Shown here: positions 55,103-64,000 of the stretch, in pieces | Layout: each line of letters opens with the position of its first letter | Numbering within the stretch: the stretch's first letter is position 1 | NCBI RefSeq assembly: GCF_964194155.1 | Contig: NC_135916.1 | Coordinates: forward strand, 1,364,001 to 1,428,000 | DNA length: 64,000 bases | Direction: 5' to 3' | Origin: Cetorhinus maximus | Lineage: Eukaryota | Notes under the pieces: generated by a model | Databases searched by the model: none | Seen by the model: the letters and a program-made list of their open reading frames with translations, nothing else | What the model was told of the DNA's origin: nothing | Position numbers and translations under genes: made by a program

Positions 55103-56703
55103 AACTGAGCAAACTATTGGGATTAAAGGGTGACAAGTCCCCAGCACCTGATGGCCTACATCCCAGGGTCTTAATGGAAGTGGCAGCATAGATAGTGAAT
55201 GCATTGGCTATAATATTCCAAAATTCCCTGGATTCTGGAAAGGTTCCAGTGGTTTGGAAAGATGCTCACATAACGCCCTTATTCAAAAAGGGGGGGAGGG
55301 AGAAAGTAGTAAACTATAGACCAGTTAGTATAACGTCTGTCATTGGGAAATTGTTGGAATCCATTATTAAGGAAGAAGTAATGGTGCATTTGGAAAGTCA
55401 AAATGCAATCCATCAGAGTCAGCATGGTTTTATGAAGAGTAAATCGTGCTTGACTAATTTGCTAGAGTTCTTTGAAGATGTGTCAAGCAAAGTGGGTAAT
55501 GGGGATCCTGTAGATGTTGTATATCTGTACTTCAAGAAGGCCTTTGATAAGGTGCTGCACAAAAGACTAATACGCAAGGTAAGATCACAGAAGATTAGGG
55601 GTAATGTATTAGTTTGGATAGAGGATTGGCTAACCAACAGAAAGCAGAGATTCGGGAAAAATGTGTATTTTTCTGGATGGCAAGTTGTGGGGTGCCACAG
55701 GGTTTGGTCAATGGGCCCCATTTATTTTCAATCTATATTAATGATTTGGATTCAGGCATAGAAGTTCCGATAGCTAAATTTTTCAGACGACACCAAAATA
55801 GGTGGGAAAGTAAGTTGCAATGAAGAAATAAGAAATTTTCAAATGGATATGGACAGGTTAGCTGAAAGGGCAATTTGAATTTAACGTGGATAAGTGTGAG
55901 TTTATCCATTTTTGTTGGAAGAATAAAAAGGCGACTTATTATTTAAATGGAGAGAAACTGCAGAATGCTTCAGTGCAGAGGGATCTGGGTGACCTCGTGC
56001 ATGAATCGCTAAAAGCTAATATGCAGGTACAGCAGGTAATAAGGAAGGCAGATGGAATATTGGCATTTATTACTAAAGGAAAAGAGTATAAAAATAGGCA
56101 AGTATTGCTGCAACTGTACAAGGCATTGGTGAGACCGCACCTGGAGTACTGTGCTCAGTTTTGGTCCCCTTACTTGAGGACCGATGTAGTTGCACTGGAG
56201 GCAGTTCAGAGGAGGTTCACTAGATTGATTCCAGAGATGTGGGGCTGGTCTTATGAGGAGTGATTAAGCAGTTTAGGCCTATACTCGCTGGAGTATAAAA
56301 GGATGAGAGGAAATCTAATTGAGGTATATAAGATTCCAAAGGGAATCGACAAAATAGACGAGGAGTGGTAGATTCACCTTGTGGGGCACTCTAGAACGAG
56401 AGTCCATAGTTTTAGGCTAAGGGGTGGTAGATTTAAATCAGTGATGTGGAGGAATTACTTTTCTCAAAAGGTCATGAATCTGTGGAATTCACTGCCACAG
56501 AGTGCAATGGAAGCCGGGGCACTGAATAAATTAAAGGAGGAGATAGACAGATTTTTAATTAGTAACGGGTTGAAAGGTCATGAGGAGAGGGCGGGAAATT
56601 GGAGTTGAAGTCGAAATAAGATCAGCCATGATTGTATTGAATGGTGGGGCAGGCTTGAGGGGCTGAATTGCCTACTCCTGCTCCTAGTTCTTATGTTCTT
56701 ATG
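55103..56703 (+). mobile_element. CR1 LINE ORF2 (RT) to 3' tail (duplicate of 35378-36982)
   Basis: SQHGFMKSKSCLTNLLEFFE, KAFDKV, RPHLEYCAQFWSP motifs. Confidence 0.95.
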
Positions 56704-56844
56704 AACTACCAATGTATATAGTCCTGCTAATATTCAGCTGCGTATGTTTAAATTACTACCGTAATACCTGCTTCTTAACTACCAGACCAGCACTTAATTA
56801 CTTAGATGCTGTCAATGATCCATGTATATACTCACAGATGATTC

Positions 56845-59372
56845 TTGTGTGTTTGTGTGTGTGTGTGTGTGTAAGTATTTGTGTCTGCAGGTGTGAATGT
56901 TTGTGAAACTCTGCATGACTGTGTGTGTCGGAGAGAAAGTGCAAGTTTGTTACTGTGTGCATTTATTTATGCAAGTGTGTGTTTGTGCGTCTGTGTGTGT
57001 GAGGGCCTGTGTGTATGTTTGTGTGCATGTGTGTGATTTTTTATGTGTGTATGTTTGTGTATGTGTGCAACAGATGGTGTGTACATTTGTGTATATGTAT
57101 GTTTGTCTGTGTGTATTAGTGCAAGAACCCGCGAGTGTGTGAGTGTTTGTGTGGGAGTGTGCAGGGCTCATTTCCCATTTGTCTTTCTCTGGTACAGGAT
57201 GCAGCTTTGGAATTAATTTTAATGAAATTTAAGTGTCTACCCTGTGACCATTACCTATGTTGCAATTAATTCCCTAAATCTCAGTTATTATACTGTTTGT
57301 GTATCTCAAATTTATCCTCTGTGTATATAACTCCATTATTGTACATGTGAAGGTTTCTTCTGTACATAACATGTATCACATTAATAATTCTGAAAACTAT
57401 TTCTCCAATGCATTAATCTATTAATGTTTCCTAGCTCTGTTGCAAATTTTAAAATGAAACTTTGCATTTATCAAAGACCGGTTTTATTCTTTTATTTAAT
57501 GTGAACTAAGGTATAGCATTCAGGCTGCAACTCAGCAAAAGTATTTGTGAATGATAATGAGACGCTTGAATTCACATGCTGTGTATGTCAAATCTGATTG
57601 ATTCAGTGTGTAATGATCTTACGTTATGAATCATAGTGAGAATATTAAACCGGCATGTGTTGTGTATCCATGACGTATTAATTAAAATTACACTTTCTCT
57701 TTATTTTAGATATAGTATGAGATCTTTGGAGAGGGATTCAATGTGTTCCTCTGTGAGAACCTATGTACATTCTACAGATTAATTTTGTACATTTCAGTCA
57801 GTTGCACTATCTGTAGCTAAGACTGCACTCTTCTGAAATGAATGAGGTGCCTTTCAATCTGATAGTATTTGTGGTTTTGGACTGAGATTGATGGACCTAC
57901 CATTCTGCGGTGCTCAGTGAGTGTGAATTGGGGAGAAATATTCTGTCTCCCCTGTTGTATTTGACTGTTGCGTTGAACACGTCTATCTGAAACTTGAGAT
58001 CAATGTGAATCTGATTCCTGCTCTCAGTGATGGTGGAACTGCTGTTCTGTCTGTGCTCTTTGAACAATAATGTACCTATGTCAATTCGAAGCAAAGAGCT
58101 GCATGATTATTTTAGATGGGAAATCTGTAGCTTGGCGTTGGGGCTCAAGGAGAAATGGTAGCCCAATGTCATATAATTTTGAGATTGCAGGTAAGTGTGT
58201 GTCTGTGCATGTGTGTGTGTGTGTGTGTGCGTGTACATTTACCTGCCGGTCTTTAGTATAGAAGAAATTTATTTCTTCTCCACTATTTATATTCCGCTAT
58301 GTGAATGTGGGATCACACTGTATCTTTCACTTTTTAACATCTTACTATGGGGTTTATTTGTTTCCTGCCTGTGAATGGGGATTCCAAAATGCACCTAGTT
58401 ATTTGCTGCTGTGTGACTGTGTGATTTGTTCTATGAATGTTTGTAATTGATTCTGGGCTTTACTCTGGATCATTGACTCTCTGTAATGCATTTGTGGCTA
58501 TTACTCAGCACCTGCCTGTGCCTGATTTGCGAGTAAGCATCTTACTTTCACTGTTTCTGACGTGTAATGCATATTTTTACTCATTGCCTCTTAGTTACAG
58601 GTATGTGGATTTGCATATTAGGTTCTGTATCTGCAATGCTGTGAAATGTCAGTGTGATTCATTTTCCTGTTCTTTGTGTCAGGATCAGAAATGTGAGCAT
58701 GGAAAAATTATTTCAAATGAGTGAGACTTTACTCATTTGCTGTCAATCCCTGGTATGAGAAGGTTTAGTCTATGCCTATGATATTCTTGTGTGCGAGTAT
58801 TGTCTTTTCCCATGGTCTGCATGCACCTTGTAGGCCATTGTCGATTTTGCTGTGAACATGTCAGCCTGTATTACTTAAGTGTGATATTCACATTGCAGCT
58901 TTCAATTTAGTGTGTGAGCAAGGACCTCCCCCCACACTAACATCCCCTGCACTACCCCTGACTGTATCTCTTGGTCTTTCATACAGGCTGTTATGTTTTA
59001 GTCAGCAACTTATGAGTTTTGATGCATTTTCAGGTCTGATATTACTGTAGCTATCAACATCTGATGTTCCTATTTTGAAAAGTCTGGCATGGCAAAATTG
59101 ATTATATTCAACACCCCTCTATCTCTGGAATGTGTCTGTGGTTTTATAATTTAAGTGTCTGCCCCTCTTACGGGAATGTAGCTTTCTTCTGTATCTGTCA
59201 GTCCCTCTTATGAGAGTGGTGTTATGTTATTCACTGTACTTGTCAATATCTGCTTTGTGAGTTAAGTTTTAAACTTTCTTGTTTGTAGAGATCTGTCGAT
59301 ATAACTATTCTGAAAATATTGCTCTGGCATGTGATGTGTATTCATGACTGTATTAATGAATAAGTACTTTAT
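56845..59372. repeat. TG microsatellite plus decayed 41-bp array
   Basis: Duplicate of 37125-39570. Confidence 0.65.
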
Positions 59373-59380
59373 CATTACCA

Positions 59381-59870
59381 GGAGCAGGTGATGGCGTAGT
59401 TGTATTGTCATTGGACTAGTAATCTGGAGAGGCAGGGTAATGCTCTGGGTTCGAACCCTGACACTGCAGATGGTGTAATTTAAAATCAATAAAAATATGA
59501 ATTGAATTAATGATCACTATGAAACCATTGTCGATTTTGGTAAAAACCCTTCTGGTTCACTAATATCCTTTAGAGAATGAAATCTGTCGTCCATGTACAT
59601 GTGACTCTACACCCACAATTAAATGCTCTCAGAAATGGCCTAGCTAGCCACTCAATTGTAACAAATGGCTACAAAAAGATCATCGACAATGGCAATCTCA
59701 GCCCTGTCCTCCCTGAGGGACAAGGGCAGCAGATCGATGATAACACCGCCACCTGGAAATTCCCCTCCAGGTGCCTCACCATTCTGAGATGGAAATATGC
59801 TGCCTTCCCAAGGGCAACTAAATGCTGTCCCAGCCAGCAAAGCAAACAACTCAAGAATGAATAAAATAAA
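59381..59870 (+). mobile_element. tRNA-derived SINE (duplicate of 39578-40160)
   Basis: A and B boxes, same tail. Confidence 0.7.
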
Positions 59871-60276
59871 TGTATGATACTGTGTGAGATCTTTGGTGTT
59901 GAGTCTATTGCATTGCTTTATGAATGCTGGGTACATTCAAGGATTAATTCAGTGAATTTCAATCAGCTTTATTACCTGACATTTAAATTGCAGCCAATGT
60001 TCCACTCTTGTGACATGAATGGAGCGTGCTTCAATCTGATATTGGTTGTGAGTTTGGACTGAAATTGGTGGACCTGCCATTCAGAGGTACTGAGTAGGAG
60101 TGTATTGTGATTATTCCAACCATCTCCCCAACCCCGCCTGCCTTCTGAGCGTTTGACTATTGGATTAAGCACATGTATCTGGTATGACTTCAATTTGACT
60201 CTGACTATTTCTGTCCGTGGTGATGGTGGAAATGATGTTCTGTCTGTATCTCTGCACTCTGTGAGTAATATCATAC

Positions 60277-61265
60277 CTGCTGTCAGTAAGAATGAGATGG
60301 CTGCACTTTTATTTTGGTTGGGAAATCAACAGCTTGAAAACCATCCCTTCATGTATTTGCCTAGAGGTAGAAACATATCTCTTGTAAGTAAAGATCTGCT
60401 GAGGTTTTGAAAGAAAATAGATCAACGTAACCTGTCAACTGATAATCAATTTTATTAATGCGCTACAAATTATAAAGAATAATAAAAAAGTACAGTCTCT
60501 GATTCCACTTCAGCAATCTGCTTCGGTACTTTTCAAACATTTGAGTAAAATTCAGAAACAGTCCTGACCTGTCCTCCTCCAAGGATGTCACTACCCGAGG
60601 GGACAGGTACATTGATGCAGGTCAGGTTTCAATCTCCAGCTCCCATTGGAAGAACCGTCAACTGAAACCAACAGCCGCTGCGACAATGGTTCTTTAACAC
60701 TTATCACTTGAAAAGCTGGTGCCTGCGATGGGTGATATTTACATGATTGTTCCCCATCCTCTCTGTCCGCCTGTTTCCACTGTTCACTGTCCAAATGCCG
60801 ACAAGTTGCATGAATCAGCAGCTATACTTGGAATATGCATTACAGGATTGGGGGGAGAAAATCCCAATAGTTTTCAATTGCAGCTTCCTCAGGTTGTGTC
60901 TCCCTCAGCAGGGCCACACACAGCCCCAGAAAGGCCTCTCCCCGTCCACCCGCTCACTCCAAGTTCCGGAACACGTTCCCGCTCCGCTCCGCCTCTTACA
61001 AACAGCCCCCGGTTCCCCCTGAACTTACCCCGAGTCAATGATGATTTCTGTGTCCACACTGACAAACCGGGGCCCTGCTGGAATCAGAACGCTGTTTACT
61101 CGCTTACCCGGGCCCTAAGATTTCCATTTCTATCTGTTTGAAACAAAGGTCTCCCGCTCACTGAGTGAAAAGCTTCAATGGCGGAGTCTGGGAGAAGCGA
61201 AGCGCATGCGCTCTTCTAGCCATGTCTGAGGAGTTGAACGAGGGCGGGAATGCGCACGCGCTTCT
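60277..61265 (-). ncRNA. putative spliced non-coding transcript, copy 3
   Basis: NRF1 sites at 61202 and 61251; donors at 61107 and 61028; exon 60360-60277. Confidence 0.4.
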
Positions 61266-62284
61266 CTGAATTAAACGTCACAAAACAAACGTCATTTGCT
61301 CCACCCCTCAGTCAATGTTCTCCAGCTTGAGCATCACAATGGGTCTGTGTGGAATGGGCAGAGTTTCAGGCAGGTGGACGATTCCTGGATGAAGCTCAAA
61401 CTGATATCGCTCCCTGCAGCATCTTTGCTGTTCATTCACCGGTTTAGGAAATCAATCCGCCCAGTGAATCTATGTCACAAAAAAAAACATAAAATGCTGG
61501 AAAAACTCAGCAGATCTGACGACATCTGTGCAGAGGAAGACTGTCTCCACCCCCGCCTCCCACATATGCTGAGGTTATCCAGTATTTTTTGTTTTTGTTT
61601 CAGATTTCCAGCACCCGCAGATTGTTGCCTTTATCCCAGTGAATCTACTTGTTTGCTGTGACCGCGCAGAAATTCATATCTGATCCTAAAGAACCCAGTT
61701 TAACAGAATCAGATTGAAACTGTCAGTCACTTAGTGTCATATCGAACAATTTTAGGCGAATTATTCCAGAGAGCTCCAGAGGTTATCGAAATTACATTTC
61801 GGATTCTATTTTCTCACCCTCTGGCATTTCCCTGTTTGTGTGAAAGGAATGTGTCTACCTCTGGCCCATTATCAGCTGCAGCTGAATCGCCTCAACTCTC
61901 CCTATTGGGGATCTGTCAGTTTTAAATTAGTTTTACCGATCAGCTTCAGAATCTTCGGTTTTTCAAAAAGAAAACCTGTCAATCTTCTAAGATCCAATGA
62001 TTATAATTCAACTTGCTCATGATTCCCTCATCAGTCAACAATATCATTCCAGGAATCAACTCATTAACATTCACTGAACTATTTCAAGGGAAGTATATCG
62101 CTCTATGGTTCCAGCCGTTATTTACAACACAATTATTAATTGTGATGTGCGCATATTCTATTGAAACTCTGATAATATGTCTGCCTCTATCCGATGATAG
62201 ATATGAGGGCCAATCGATGTTATGTTGACACATGGTAGTTACAGAGAGACTGCTCTCTCTCTCTTTCTCTCTCTCTCACAGAAA

Positions 62285-64000
62285 CACAGAATCAAAGTGC
62301 AAAATAGGCCCTTCGTACCCTCGATTCTGCACAGACACGTGAGAAACACCTGACCAACCAACCCTATCCCATTTACCATAAATTAGCACCTTGAATGTTA
62401 TGACGTGCCAACTTATGCCCCTTTGTGACTGACCCTTCAAGTAAGGGGAACAGCTGCTCCCTATCCACCCTGTCCATGACCCTCAAAATCTTGTACAACT
62501 AGATCAGGTCGATCCTCTGGCTTCTCTGCTCCAACGGAAACAACACAAGTCTATCCAACCTCTCTTCATAACTTAAATGTTTCATCCCAGTCAACATCCT
62601 GGTGAATCTCCTCTCCAACCCCTCCAGTGCAATCACATCCTTCCTATAATGTGGCGACCAGAACTGCACACAGTACTCCAGCTGTGGCCACACCAAGGTT
62701 CCATACAACTCCAACATGACCTCCCTACTTTTGTAATCTCTGCCTCGATTGGTAAAGGCAAGTGTCCCATATGCCTTTCCCCCACCCCACTAACATGCCC
62801 CTCCGCCTTCAGAGATCTATGGACACACACGCCAAGGTCCCTTTCTTCCTCAGAACTTCCTAGTGCCATGCTGTTCATTGAATACTTCATTGTCAAATTA
62901 CTCCTTCCAAAGTGTATATCCTCACAATTTTCAGGGTTAAATTCCATCTGCCAATTATCTGCCCTTTTTACCATCCCATCTATATCTTCCTGTAGCCCAA
63001 GACACTCAACCCCACTGTTAACCACCCGGCCAATCGTTGTCTCATCTGCAAACTTACTAATCCTACCCCCCACATAGTCATCTATGTCGTTTATATAAAT
63101 GACAAATAATAGGGGACTGAGCATAGATCCCTGTGCTACGAAACTGGAAGCTGGTTTCCAGTCACTAAAGCATCCTTCTGTCATCATCCTCTGCCTCCCA
63201 CAACTAAGCCAATTTTGAATCCGTCTTATCAAATTATCTTTTATCCCATGTGCATTTGTCTTCTTTATTAGTCTCCCATGTGGGAATTTGTCAATGGCTT
63301 TGCTGAAATCCATGTAAAGTGCATCAACTGCACTACCCTCATCTACACACCTGGTCACCTCCTCAAAAAAGTCAAACAAATTTGTTAGGCATGACCTCCC
63401 TCTGACAAAGCCATGCTTACTATCCCTGATCAAACCTTGCCTCTCAAAGTGCAGATAGATATTCTCCTTCAGAAATTTCTCCAATAGTTTCCCTACCATT
63501 GACGTGAGTTTCACTGGCCTTTTGTTCACTAGCTTATCTCCACAACCCTTAAAAGCAGAACCACATTAGCTGTTCTCCAGTCCTCTGGCACCACCCCGTG
63601 GCCAGAGAGGAATTAAAAATTCGGGCCAGAGCCCCTCTCCTCCCTTGCCTCCCTCAGCAGTCTGGGACACAAATCAGCCGGACCTGGATATTTGTCCACT
63701 TTTAAGCCTGCCAACACCTCCAATGCCTTGTCACTCCCTATATCAATTTGCTCAAGAACCTCGCAGTCTCTCTCCCTGAGTTCGATACCTTCATCCTCAT
63801 TCTCTTGTTTGAAGATGAATGTGAAGTATTCATTCAACACTCTAGTGATGTCCTCTGGCTCCACCCATAGATTGCCCCCTTTGTCAGATATGGGCCCTAC
63901 TCATCCCCTGTTTATCCTCTTCCCATTGATATACTTATAGAATATCATGGGATTTTCCCTACTTTTGCCAGCCAGAGCTTTCTCATATCCCCTCTTTGTT
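62285..64000 (-). mobile_element. CR1 LINE ORF2 (RT), antisense, runs off the window
   Basis: HGFVRGRSCLTNL, YMDFSKA, QGSMLSP, SKFADET, PQLEYCVQFWSP in ORFs 62633-63529 and 62499-62717. Confidence 0.95.

Noticed and set aside
62633-63529. 298-aa reverse transcriptase ORF as an active or domesticated gene
   Set aside because: Flanked by stops and frameshifts, with the catalytic FADD changed to FADE; a dead CR1 copy.

Overview
Vertebrate replication-dependent histone gene cluster, probably from a shark or ray (inferred from the CR1 LINE, tRNA-SINE and Penelope-like repeat content). It holds 5 full H4, 2 H3.2, 3 H2A and 2 H1 genes, all intronless with 3' stem-loop and U7-binding element (HDE), but no H2B. 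The genes sit in rearranged copies of an H1>H4>H3><H2A unit (about 1-6.6 kb repeats at 18.7-25.7 kb; 26.5-41.9 kb repeats at 46.75-61.6 kb), with orphan 3' ends left by deletions. The long spacers carry decayed CR1, SINE, Penelope-like and solo-LTR insertions in a cryptic, decayed 41-bp tandem array, and end in a conserved NRF1-site promoter with minus-strand splice signals. Main candidates: (1) an H4 fragment that starts exactly at Met85 and encodes the 19-aa pre-osteogenic growth peptide, fused behind the H2A promoter; (2) the 41-bp array with a possible spliced lncRNA across it; (3) H2A with K15R in all copies. Repeat boundaries were judged by eye, and junctions in a tandem array may be assembly artefacts.
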